This document shows positions 42,311 to 51,414 of a DNA stretch of 64,000 bases, one piece after another (within the stretch, counting starts at the first letter, position 1; each line of letters begins with the position of its first letter). The stretch covers positions 2,191 to 66,190 of the forward strand of contig WRLH01000017.1 of assembly GCA_009777715.1 (NCBI GenBank). The letters are read 5' to 3'. The notes under the pieces were generated by a model that saw only the letters and a list, made by a program, of their open reading frames with translations, had not been told where the DNA came from and ran no database searches. The stretch is from Lachnospiraceae bacterium (GTDB lineage Bacteria > Bacillota > Clostridia > Lachnospirales > Lachnospiraceae). The position numbers were made by a program, and so were the translations under genes.

Positions 42311-44794
42311 TCACCTTTGGTCAATCTCCTGCAAATACCGCGCCGCCACATACGCGGTCGGTATACCACTAGTATAATTAATCGCCGCCCAGCCATTGCT
42401 TAATCCGGTCACCCTGACGATGTCCCCGGCGCGTAAAGTGCCGACTATCCGCCCATTCATGCCCGGCGCGTTCCGGACAAACAGGCGCGAGGCCGGGCTT
42501 ATATTAACAGCATATGCCGTCACCCGCTCTTGGCTTGCTTCTGTTTCTAAAGGCCGGACCGGCCCGCTAAGATGGTTAAGGTAATTAACTGACAGCCACG
42601 TTCCGGTATGGGCAAGCACCCACTCGCCATCAGGGCTAAACTCAATTATCTCAACAACCGTCCCTCTTGCCAATCTGCCGACTAGTGGGAAACCAGTCCC
42701 CGGTCCGCTTCTTTCATTTAAATAAGTAGCATTCACAGTATAGAAAGATTTCGCGGGGGCAGGCTCTGGCTTTTCTGTCACACTCGCTGGCGGTACGCTT
42801 TGGGGCGGCGTATTCGACCGATACCGCACCGCTCCGCCGACTAAAACACCGCTTCCCCTAACGCCATCTACCCGGCTGTCAATCGTGCCATGGTTAAGAA
42901 TCGTCCCGCTGTTATTAAGCGTCCCGTTATTCGTAAGGATAATGCTTTGTGGAATCGTAAGGCTATTGCCGCTTGGCACAGACAAAGACTGGTGGCGTTG
43001 AAGAACCAAATTGCGCCTTAATGTGACATCGCCGTAAACCCTGCCGCTTGGGAAATCTTTTCCCCCGGTGAATAATATGCCCTGTGAATTATGGGTGGGA
43101 TTAAGGGGGACTTGATTAAAACCATCAGATGTAGATACGCCTGTCGCGTAAACGACACTATTGTTTGCGATTGTAAAGCTGTCGGCCAGAATGGCGGTCG
43201 GGATATAATGACCTGTGTATTCTAATGACGTTCCGGAGATTTGCCCCACCGTGCCGGAAATATATATATTTTCGCCCGCTTGCAGGCATATGCCAAGGCC
43301 AACATCGATATTGCCGACTGATCCGTCAATTTCAATTGATATAGAGCCATAAGGCGCATAGATAGCATTTGCGAAAGAATCAAAGTCGGAAGCTTTAATA
43401 TTACCCACCGAGCCAGAAATGATGATATCAGAGATAATGGAGATAATGGCTGGGTTGCCAATAATATTGCCGACCGTCCCATTTATATCAACCGTCCCAA
43501 CTCCTGAAATGGCTGAATTGACAGCATTTATTCCGCCAATCCGGCCAGATATTGAAATAATGTCAAATTCTCGGTTAGAATTTTGTTGTATTCCAACGCT
43601 CGCGGAAACATAATCTATATTTCCGTTTATTATTATACCCACATTTGCATAAATGCCAACTGTCCCTTTAATTAACGAGATATTGCCATCTTGGCCAATA
43701 ACAGCATTATCACACCGGATGGCAGTATGGGCTTCAATTTTATTTATCACCCCATCGATAATAACATTGCCATTTGCATGAATCCCATTGCCATAGGAAA
43801 TACCGAGCATAGAATCAACGACATCTCCGCCCCCTATAAAGCCAATCCGGGCAGTATCGGTAATCCTTGCGTTCCCCCCAGCCCGTATTCCTTCCCCGGC
43901 CGCCAACCCCTCTAAGGCCTCTATCCCGCCAATCGTGGCTGTGATGGTAATATTATCACCCAAGATGGCAACACTATTGCCAGATTGCCCTATGCTTCCG
44001 GCGTTAATGTTGCCGAATTCACCGGAAAGCGTCACATCGCCAGCGGCAAAAATGCCATGGCTGAATCCATTTATCCAAATCTCGCTGCCCTCGCCATGGA
44101 TTGTTGCACCATCTGGAACTACAAGAGCCATCCCGGCGCCCTCATTGCGCATAATCTTTGTATTATCCAAAATGGTGATGTCCAAGGACTCTTGAATAAC
44201 GACCGAGCCCATCCAATAACCACCTTTGAGGACAACAGACGAAGTGCCAAAGACGGTGATAGTATTATTAGCATAATCAACATTATAATCACTATGACCA
44301 GGAACTAGATTGTCAAAGTCAATGACAAGCGGGCATTCGCAAGGGTCTTGGCCGCAGTCAAGGCAAATTACTATGTTTACTATACATACGCAAGGGTCTT
44401 CCCCGCAGTCGGGGCATAATGCGAATAATGAGATGTCCCCGCTAAGCTCTGTAATTTTTGTGATTTCGAAGTCGGTGTTGCCGGATTGGTTGGGGTCTTC
44501 GTCTTCGATGGAATTGTTTTCCAAGGAAGTGGAATCTTCTTTGGGATTATTTTCGATGGAAAGGTTTTCCATGTTGTCAATGGAAAGGTTGTTGATGGAA
44601 AGATTTTCTTTGGAAAGATTTTCCATATTGTCTAAACTCATAAGTTCTGTTGCCGCCAAAGGGAACGGCTTTAGAATCAAGGCAAAGACCAGCAGTAAGG
44701 CGATTGCTTTGGCAAATGCCTTGGCATGGGCGGGTTTGGTTAATAAGCTTTCGCGAGTATGGAGTGCTGATTTCGTGAATATATTTCGTTTCAT
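42311..44794 (-). CDS. Secreted protein: NLS-rich repeats, twin C.DCG.DPC.C motifs, beta-helix repeats, two C-terminal SH3b domains (paralogue P3)
   Basis: ATG 44794 (MKRNIFTKSAL...) lies 7 nt after AAAGGA. The track start at 44890 is unlikely. The C-terminal ~150 aa are nearly identical to P1 and P2. Confidence 0.7.
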   Translation of the reverse strand: MKRNIFTKSALHTRESLLTKPAHAKAFAKAIALLLVFALILKPFPLAATELMSLDNMENLSKENLSINNLSIDNMENLSIENNPKEDSTSLENNSIEDEDPNQSGNTDFEITKITELSGDISLFALCPDCGEDPCVCIVNIVICLDCGQDPCECPLVIDFDNLVPGHSDYNVDYANNTITVFGTSSVVLKGGYWMGSVVIQESLDITILDNTKIMRNEGAGMALVVPDGATIHGEGSEIWINGFSHGIFAAGDVTLSGEFGNINAGSIGQSGNSVAILGDNITITATIGGIEALEGLAAGEGIRAGGNARITDTARIGFIGGGDVVDSMLGISYGNGIHANGNVIIDGVINKIEAHTAIRCDNAVIGQDGNISLIKGTVGIYANVGIIINGNIDYVSASVGIQQNSNREFDIISISGRIGGINAVNSAISGVGTVDINGTVGNIIGNPAIISIISDIIISGSVGNIKASDFDSFANAIYAPYGSISIEIDGSVGNIDVGLGICLQAGENIYISGTVGQISGTSLEYTGHYIPTAILADSFTIANNSVVYATGVSTSDGFNQVPLNPTHNSQGILFTGGKDFPSGRVYGDVTLRRNLVLQRHQSLSVPSGNSLTIPQSIILTNNGTLNNSGTILNHGTIDSRVDGVRGSGVLVGGAVRYRSNTPPQSVPPASVTEKPEPAPAKSFYTVNATYLNERSGPGTGFPLVGRLARGTVVEIIEFSPDGEWVLAHTGTWLSVNYLNHLSGPVRPLETEASQERVTAYAVNISPASRLFVRNAPGMNGRIVGTLRAGDIVRVTGLSNGWAAINYTSGIPTAYVAARYLQEIDQR

Positions 44795-44916
44795 GGGTGA
44801 TTCCTTTCTATATATCATATCCATAATTGGCGAGCCATCGTAAAGGTTAATTCTCATTGTTAGTTTAATATAATTTTGGCGGAAATGCAATAGCTTTTTT
44901 GTTGACTGGTGTGGTC

Positions 44917-44959
44917 AAAAAAATGACCCTGTTCCAAGACGGGAACAAGGGTAAAAAAA
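44917..44959 (-). terminator. Rho-independent terminator separating the Rpn gene from the P3 promoter region
   Basis: Coding strand: TTTTTTTACCCTTGTTCCC-GTCTT-GGAACAGGGTCATTTTTTT. Confidence 0.7.
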
Positions 44960-45005
44960 GCTGGGCGGAAGTATTGGCGAAAGATTACGATTATCAAACT
45001 TAAAC

Positions 45006-45068
45006 CCAAAAAACTAAAGTTTTTAACACTTTAGTTTTTTAGAAAGTGGAAATTTTAATCTTCACACT
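45006..45068. repeat. Terminator-like palindromic module, copy B (AAAAAACTAAAGTTTTT...AGTGGAAATTTTAATCTTCACACT)
   Basis: Homologous to 11445-11520 and 55942-55990. Its end supplies the last codons and the TGA of the Rpn gene. Confidence 0.8.
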
Positions 45069-46048
45069 AGCACTTCCTGATATGCAAGGATTTTTTCAAC
45101 GCTTTCCTTAGTAATCTTCGCTATTTTTGCTATTTCCTCAACCGGATAGCCAGCTTCATACATATTCAAGATAATTTCGGCTTTGCCTTTTACTACGCCC
45201 TTTTCTATGCCCTTTTCTATACCCTCTTCTATGCCTTCCATAAAAACCATTTCGCCTAATCCTGACATCTTCTTTACCTCCTGGCTTAGTGACTTGCTAT
45301 ATTTAACGTGGTTTTCCAATACTTTATATGATTTCTTCGTCCGCGGATAAAACAAGGCGTTCATAATCCGGATTATTTCTTCGGTATTGTCATCGTCCGG
45401 ATCACCCAGCCTGATTATGACCATCGTCATTAAATCATTGTCACCCGGTTGAGTCTCTATGTCCTTGCTGTTCCAAGTGTTAACTAGCTCATATTGGGAA
45501 ATTGTGTTGCGTAAATCTTTCGGCACATTTTCCCGGCAGATAAAGATATTATAGACTTTCGCCAAAACGGTGTAGTCAGTCTTTGCTGTCGGGGCCGCTA
45601 TTTGTGAGCCAATCATCCTTGACATATAGTATATGCCGCGCTTTTCGATCGGATATCCCGGCCTATAGTTTCCCTGTGCCTCTACATCAACGTAAATATA
45701 ACAAGCAACTTCCTCATTAGAAAGTTTCGGGTTAATGACCTTAAAATATACATCGAACCGCGACATCATTTCATTTAGTGCTTTAAATTCAGGATTCAGC
45801 CCCTCAATCCGGTTTTGGTTAGTCCTGCCCGGCGCAACTTCTGTCACATTGCTGATTTTATCAGCTTCTATGCAATCGGCAATTTCCTGATATGACATAT
45901 CCTTAAATTCTTTGGCGGTATGCTTAAGCAATATGGCAAGGAACTCTTTATTCGATAAAATCTCTTTGCTCGTGTCATCTAACTGCGGAGCTTTGTCGGT
46001 TATCTGTAGTGAACTTGCTGCTGCTTCGCTCATTTCAATTTTGCCCAA
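45062..46048 (-). CDS. Rpn-family recombination-promoting nuclease / putative transposase (PD-(D/E)XK)
   Basis: 328 aa. Core ..FDVYFKV...YIYVDVEAQGNY.., and a C-terminal EGIEEGIEKGIEKG...ILNMYEAGYPVEEIAKIAKITKESVEKIL tail typical of this family. Confidence 0.65.
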   Translation of the reverse strand: MGKIEMSEAAASSLQITDKAPQLDDTSKEILSNKEFLAILLKHTAKEFKDMSYQEIADCIEADKISNVTEVAPGRTNQNRIEGLNPEFKALNEMMSRFDVYFKVINPKLSNEEVACYIYVDVEAQGNYRPGYPIEKRGIYYMSRMIGSQIAAPTAKTDYTVLAKVYNIFICRENVPKDLRNTISQYELVNTWNSKDIETQPGDNDLMTMVIIRLGDPDDDNTEEIIRIMNALFYPRTKKSYKVLENHVKYSKSLSQEVKKMSGLGEMVFMEGIEEGIEKGIEKGVVKGKAEIILNMYEAGYPVEEIAKIAKITKESVEKILAYQEVLV

Positions 46049-46153
46049 TTTTCTGTCATTCTCCTATCCTCTGATTCCTGCCAACTTAATTATAACATAT
46101 TCGGGCTGACAGTTAAATAGTTTTTTACGCCCATCTTAATTGCTTGATTGCTC

Positions 46154-47059
46154 CTACAGCTCATACGGCGTTTGCTGGTAAACATAATAATTGACCCAGT
46201 TGCTGTAAAAATTAATGCTGTGTGAACGCCATTGCAAATGCGGCTTTTTCGCCATGTCATTGTCAGGGTAGTAATTAAGGGGCATTTTTATTGCCAAGCC
46301 TTTCCCAATATCGCGGACGTATTCATTATGAAGGGTCAGGCGGTCATATTCCGGGTGGCCGAACACAAAAATCTGCTTGCCTTCATCGGCTTCACACAGG
46401 AAAATGCCCGCTTCTTTTGATTTAGCCAGCACCTTAAGCCTGCCATTTTTATGAATTGCTTCTTCGTCGCTGGCGGTATGGCGGCTATGCGGAATCATGA
46501 AAACATCATCAAAGCCGCGGACAAGCGGTATTTTCCGGTTAATGATTGTATGTTCATAAACACCGAACAATTTTTCCGGCAGGGATTTTTTTCCAATGCC
46601 ATAATGATAATAAAGGGCGGCCTGGGCACCCCAGCAGATATGAAAGGTTGAGGTGACATTACGCTTTGACCATTCCATTATTTCACATAATTCTGCCCAA
46701 TAATCAACCTCTTCAAAGGGCAGATGTTCAATCGGGGCCCCGGTGATAATCAAGCCGTCAAATTTTTGCTGTTTTAAATTTTCAAAGTTATCATAAAACT
46801 TATTCAGGTGGCTGCTGTCCGTATTAAGGGAAACGTGGCTGTCGATTTTCATAAAAGTTACGTCTATTTGGAGCGGGGTATTGGATAATCCGCGCAGTAA
46901 TTGCAGTTCGGTGTCTTGTTTGATTGGCATCAAATTAAGGATGCAGATTTGCAGCGGGCGGATATCTTGCGATATTGCCCTTAGTTCGTCCATCACGAAG
47001 ATGTTTTCGTTTTCAAGGATTTCCTTGGCTGGTAATTGGCTTTGAATTTTGATTGGCAT
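46154..47059 (-). CDS. metA: Homoserine O-acyltransferase (MetA family)
   Basis: 301 aa. [23 protein letters not shown]..., [14 protein letters not shown] and CWGAQAA (catalytic Cys) are typical of MetA. Confidence 0.92.
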   Translation of the reverse strand: MPIKIQSQLPAKEILENENIFVMDELRAISQDIRPLQICILNLMPIKQDTELQLLRGLSNTPLQIDVTFMKIDSHVSLNTDSSHLNKFYDNFENLKQQKFDGLIITGAPIEHLPFEEVDYWAELCEIMEWSKRNVTSTFHICWGAQAALYYHYGIGKKSLPEKLFGVYEHTIINRKIPLVRGFDDVFMIPHSRHTASDEEAIHKNGRLKVLAKSKEAGIFLCEADEGKQIFVFGHPEYDRLTLHNEYVRDIGKGLAIKMPLNYYPDNDMAKKPHLQWRSHSINFYSNWVNYYVYQQTPYEL

Positions 47060-47122
47060 GGTTGCTCTCCGTTTTACTATGGTTTTTCGTTTGAAGTCAA
47101 ACTTACGAACCGAATTATCCCC

Positions 47123-49081
47123 CTACCCCAGATACTCCCCGGCAAATTCGTCCTCGGTCACCACCGGAATCCCCAATTCCTTGGCGGTCTTGTTCTTTGA
47201 CGAGTTCGAGGCATTGTCATTATTTATTAAGGCTTTGGTTTTTGAACTTACCGATCCGGTCACTTTTCCGCCCCGCTTTTCTATTTCTTCCTTTAGTTCA
47301 TGGCGGGTAAAATTATTAAGGCTTCCGGTAATGACAAAACTTAGGCCGTCAAGATTCCTGGCGGTGGTTTCAGTTTTCGCCGTTTCAATGTAAAGTTCGT
47401 TAAGGAGCTTGTCAAGCTCTTCGCTATTCTTTCCGGCCCGGAAATAATCATATAATGAAGCGGCAATCACTTCACCGATTCCCTCGATACCGCTAAGCTC
47501 TTCGATTGTCGCATTCCGAAGCCTTTCAATATCATCATCAAACTCACGGCATAACATTTTCGCGTTCGCCGCGCCGATGTTTAGGATGCCCAAGCCGTAA
47601 ATCACGCGGGGCAAGGTCGTCTTTCTGGCAATATCAATGCTTTTGATGAGATTTTGATAAGATTTTTCGCCGAAGCCCTCCATCGTGATGATATCCTGAC
47701 GGTAATTTTCCAAATGGAATAAATCAGCATAAGTGCGGATAAAGCCCTTGCCGATAAATTTTTCTAAAGTCGCTTCACTCATTCCGGCGATGTTTAGGGC
47801 GTTCCGGCTGACCAGCAAGGTAAATGATTTTATTTTTTTGACCCCGCAATCAGGGTTAAAGCAATAAAGGGATTTAACATCACTTACGCTATGGATTTTC
47901 GTTTCTTTTCCGCAAGCCGGGCATTTAGCCGGGACTATGACCGAGTCAGAGCAAGTCAGGTTTTCGGCAATTTGAGGAATAATCATATTTGCTTTATAAA
48001 CGCTGATCCGGTCGCCAATGCCAAGCTTTAGGTTCTTAAGGATGCTGATATTGTGGACTGATGCGCGGCTTATGGTCGTCCCCTCTAACTCAACCGGGGC
48101 AAAAATCGCAACCGGGTTAATAAGGCCTGTCCGGCTCGGGCTCCATTCAATTTCGAGCAGGGTTGTTTCGCGGATCTCATCTTCCCACTTAAATGCCATC
48201 GAATCGCGGGGGAATTTTGCGGTCGCGCCAAGGCTTTCACCATAAGCGATATCATCATAGCTAATCACCAGGCCATCAGAGGGGATATCACTACTCTTAA
48301 CCTTTTCCTCATATTGCCCGATTATTAAGTTAAGGTTATTTTCATCAACCAGGGTAAAATCAACAACTAAAAAACCTTGCGCTTTTAAAAATGACATCTG
48401 TTCTTTGCGGAAAGCAAACTCTTTTCCGGCCGCTTTGACAATGGCAAAGGCAAAAAACCTGACCATTCTGGCCGCGGTTACTTTATTATTGAGCTGCCTG
48501 ACTGAACCGCTTGAAAGATTGCGCGGATTTTTGTAAAGCTCTTCGGTTTCTGGAAGTGCTTCATTTATTTGGGTAAAATCGCTGTAGGTGATTACCGCTT
48601 CGCCCCTTAAAACCAATTCTTGCTTAAACGGGATGGTCAATGGCAAATCAAGAAAGGCCCGCGCATTGCCTGTCACCACCTCGCCGATTTCGCCGTTCCC
48701 TCTGGTGACAGCTTTTGCAAGTTTTCCGTCATTGTAGGTAAGGACAACCGTCAAACCGTCCAATTTCCATGATAAAATTCCTTGCTTGTCTTTAAGCCAA
48801 TCTTTAAGCTCTTCACGATTTTTGGTTTTGCCAAGGGAAAGCATCGGTTTTTCATGGCGTTCTTTGGGAAGCTCTAAAACGGCTTCATAACCTACATATT
48901 GTGTCGGGCTGTTTGACAAGCTAAAGCCTGTTTCTTTTTCAAGCAAGCTAAGCTCATCATATAATTTATCATATTCGTAATTGCTCATTATTTCCCGGTC
49001 TTCGGCGTAATAAGCCCGCGCTGCCGCTGATAAAGTTTCGGTCAGTTCTTTAATCCGGGCGATTGTGGGGGAGTTTTCCAT
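47123..49081 (-). CDS. ligA: NAD-dependent DNA ligase
   Basis: The adenylation motif is region WKLDG, with a Cys4 zinc finger (CPACG...C.NPDC), HhH and BRCT domains. ATG 49081 (MENSPTIARIKEL) is preceded by GAGAGG. The track start at 49108 is a TTG. Confidence 0.95.
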   Translation of the reverse strand: MENSPTIARIKELTETLSAAARAYYAEDREIMSNYEYDKLYDELSLLEKETGFSLSNSPTQYVGYEAVLELPKERHEKPMLSLGKTKNREELKDWLKDKQGILSWKLDGLTVVLTYNDGKLAKAVTRGNGEIGEVVTGNARAFLDLPLTIPFKQELVLRGEAVITYSDFTQINEALPETEELYKNPRNLSSGSVRQLNNKVTAARMVRFFAFAIVKAAGKEFAFRKEQMSFLKAQGFLVVDFTLVDENNLNLIIGQYEEKVKSSDIPSDGLVISYDDIAYGESLGATAKFPRDSMAFKWEDEIRETTLLEIEWSPSRTGLINPVAIFAPVELEGTTISRASVHNISILKNLKLGIGDRISVYKANMIIPQIAENLTCSDSVIVPAKCPACGKETKIHSVSDVKSLYCFNPDCGVKKIKSFTLLVSRNALNIAGMSEATLEKFIGKGFIRTYADLFHLENYRQDIITMEGFGEKSYQNLIKSIDIARKTTLPRVIYGLGILNIGAANAKMLCREFDDDIERLRNATIEELSGIEGIGEVIAASLYDYFRAGKNSEELDKLLNELYIETAKTETTARNLDGLSFVITGSLNNFTRHELKEEIEKRGGKVTGSVSSKTKALINNDNASNSSKNKTAKELGIPVVTEDEFAGEYLG

Positions 49082-49122
49082 CTGTACCTCTCTAAAGTGT
49101 TTATACAAGTACTTTCAAGGGG

Positions 49123-49204
49123 GATTGCGGCGCAGGGCCGCAATGACACAATGTTTACACAAGTACATTTCAAGGGAAATATGCGGCTTGGGGGCCGCAA
49201 TGAC
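49123..49204 (+). repeat. Two REP-like hairpins (49123-49147; degenerate 49179-49204) within a ~57-bp tandem duplication
   Basis: GTTTATACAAGTACTTTCAAGGGGGATTGCGGCGCAGGGCCGCAATGACACAA is followed by GTTTACACAAGTACATTTCAAGGGAAATATGCGGCTTGGGGGCCGCAATGACACAA. Confidence 0.85.
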
Positions 49205-49249
49205 ACAAGTGTTTACACCGGAATGGCATGGTGTTTTAAATAACACTTG

Positions 49250-50005
49250 TTATTTAACTATATGTTGTGGTTGACATAAACTGACTTTTCCCGCCAAATT
49301 ATGCCCCATGCCCACGCTTTGGTATAAGGCCTTAAGTTCGTCATGCAAAATCCGGCGGTGTTCACCGGGTTTTAAATTTGCAAGTCCAATATTGATAATC
49401 CGTGTCCTTTTTAGTTTTTTGACCCGGTATCCGCAAACTTCGCACATTCTTCTTATCTGTCTATTGACTCCTTGGGTCAAAATAATTGTAAAAGTATACT
49501 TTCCCAATTGCTTAATCCGGCAGGGTTTTGTTTTTATTTTTAATTCCGGAAGATAAATTCCGCCGGATAATTTCGCTATCATATCAGCTGTTATTTCTTT
49601 ATCTACTTTAACCTCATATTCTTTTTCATTTCCTTCCGCGCCGCCCATCATCTTGCTGATTAAGTCCCCGTCATTCGTCATAAGTAAAAGGCCTTCAGAA
49701 TCCTTGTCAAGGCGGCCGGAATAAGTTAAGCGGACCGGGTAATGTAAAACATCTTTAACTATTTTTTTGGCAAAGCGGTCTTTTTCGGTGCAGGTTACGC
49801 CAATCGGTTTGTAAAACGCCAAGACGATTTTTTCTTCTTGCTGGCTAAGTTTTTTGCCGCCGACAGTAACAACATCGCTTGGGCTGATCTCCATTCCCAT
49901 GACCGCGGCTATTTCGTTTACCGTTACTTTTCCTGCTTTGATTAATTTGTCTGCGTCACGCCGGGAGCAAGTCCCCGCTGCGGCGATGAATTTATTAAGC
50001 CTCAT
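49250..50005 (-). CDS. Pseudouridine synthase, RsuA/RluB family
   Basis: 251 aa. Has an N-terminal S4 domain (MRLNKFIAAAGTCSRRDADKLI) and the catalytic motif GRLDKDSEGLLLMTNDG. Confidence 0.88.
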   Translation of the reverse strand: MRLNKFIAAAGTCSRRDADKLIKAGKVTVNEIAAVMGMEISPSDVVTVGGKKLSQQEEKIVLAFYKPIGVTCTEKDRFAKKIVKDVLHYPVRLTYSGRLDKDSEGLLLMTNDGDLISKMMGGAEGNEKEYEVKVDKEITADMIAKLSGGIYLPELKIKTKPCRIKQLGKYTFTIILTQGVNRQIRRMCEVCGYRVKKLKRTRIINIGLANLKPGEHRRILHDELKALYQSVGMGHNLAGKVSLCQPQHIVK

Positions 50006-50014
50006 GTTTTATAC

Positions 50015-51355
50015 CTAGGGATTGCGGCGCGGGGGCAGCAATGACAACGGCTGCAGATCGCTATCCCCAGCCTCATCCCTCATATACTTCTTGTATTTGT
50101 CCCGGTCCGCCACATGGCATCTGACGGTCATGGCAGCCCCCTCTTCAAAATACTGAAGCTTTTTTATTTCGGCATTTTCTATAAAATATGACGTAACAGC
50201 ACCATCTTGATAGGGAATAAGCACGTCCATTTCCTGATAATCGGCAAAAACTATGTCAATAATCATTTCGGTCAGCTCCTCAATGCCAATCTGCTTGCTG
50301 GCGGAAATATAAATCCGGTTTTCGTCCATTTTGAACGGTATATCTTCCATGCACTTATCCGCTTTATTATAGACATAAATCATCGGGATATGGGCAGCCC
50401 CCAGCTCCGTAAGGGTCGCCAGCGTGTCTTTAATATGGGCTTGGTGCTGGTCGTCCGCAAAATCAATGACATGGAGTAAAAGGTCGGCTTCTTTTACTTC
50501 TTCAAGTGTTGAATGGAAAGCCTTAATCAAGCTATGGGGCAAATTGTGAATAAAGCCAACCGTATCAGAAAGCAGGAAAACCGGGCTACTGCCATTATCA
50601 ATCCGCCTGACCGTCGTGTCAAGGGTTGCAAAAAGCATATCTTTTTCCAAAACTTTTTTCTCGTCATCTTCCATATACGTATCAACCATTGCGTTAAGGA
50701 GCGTTGATTTCCCGGCGTTGGTATAGCCAACCAGCGAGACGAGCGGAAGCCGTGATTCCATGCGCTTTTTCCGCTTCACCAAACGCCCGGCCGCCACTTC
50801 CTTTAGCTCCCGGCGCAGTTCGTCAAGGCGGTGGTTAATTTTCCGCTTGTCAAGCTCTAACTTCTTTTCACCCAATCCCCGGCTTGACTTGCTTCCGCTT
50901 GTTCCGGCCTGTCTGGTTAGGGCTTCGTGCATTCCGACAAGGCGCGGCAGCAGGTACTGGAGTTTGGCGGCTTCAACCTGCAATTTTGCCTCGCTGCTTT
51001 CCGCCCTTTTTTCAAAGATATCCAAAATAAGCGCGGTCCTGTCCATCACCGGGCATTCAATTTCTTTTTGCAGATTGCGTAATTGGGTCGGGGATAAAGA
51101 ATCATAAAAAACGATGATGTCCGCATTAAGAGCCTTGGCCGCTTCCCGGATTTCTTCGGCTTTTCCTGTTCCCACATATAATGAGCGGTGCTTTTCGGGC
51201 ATATTTTGGGTCAAAACGCCCACCACTTCCATCTGGCTTGCTTCGGCAAGTTTTTCCAGTTCTTCCATGCAAGCATCGAAATCAGGCTCAGCCCCTGTAT
51301 TTACGCCCACTAAAATGGCGCGTTCTTCGCGTTCGTAAGTTTCAATTTTTTCCAT
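50015..51355 (-). CDS. hflX: GTPase HflX
   Basis: The HflX N-domain is followed by G1 GYTNAGKST, DTVGF and NKAD. I chose ATG 51355 as the start. The track start at 51376 is a TTG and remains possible. Confidence 0.9.
   Translation of the reverse strand: MEKIETYEREERAILVGVNTGAEPDFDACMEELEKLAEASQMEVVGVLTQNMPEKHRSLYVGTGKAEEIREAAKALNADIIVFYDSLSPTQLRNLQKEIECPVMDRTALILDIFEKRAESSEAKLQVEAAKLQYLLPRLVGMHEALTRQAGTSGSKSSRGLGEKKLELDKRKINHRLDELRRELKEVAAGRLVKRKKRMESRLPLVSLVGYTNAGKSTLLNAMVDTYMEDDEKKVLEKDMLFATLDTTVRRIDNGSSPVFLLSDTVGFIHNLPHSLIKAFHSTLEEVKEADLLLHVIDFADDQHQAHIKDTLATLTELGAAHIPMIYVYNKADKCMEDIPFKMDENRIYISASKQIGIEELTEMIIDIVFADYQEMDVLIPYQDGAVTSYFIENAEIKKLQYFEEGAAMTVRCHVADRDKYKKYMRDEAGDSDLQPLSLLPPRRNP
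50020..50045 (+). repeat. REP-like hairpin lying inside the last codons of hflX
   Basis: GATTGCGGCGCGGGGGCAGCAATGAC. On the coding strand it reads ..CTG TCA TTG CTG CCC CCG CGC CGC AAT CCC TAG. Confidence 0.85.
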
Positions 51356-51414
51356 ATTTTTCCAATTATCCTCCAAAGCTGGCGACTTGAGCGTAGCTCA
51401 TAATCTCATCCCAT

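Noticed and set aside
35697-44794. A diversity-generating retroelement as the source of variation among P1-P3.
   Set aside because: There is no reverse transcriptase or template repeat in the window. The differences in the homologous 3' modules are not adenine-specific, and the conserved part (SH3b) is the anchor rather than a variable ligand-binding tip.
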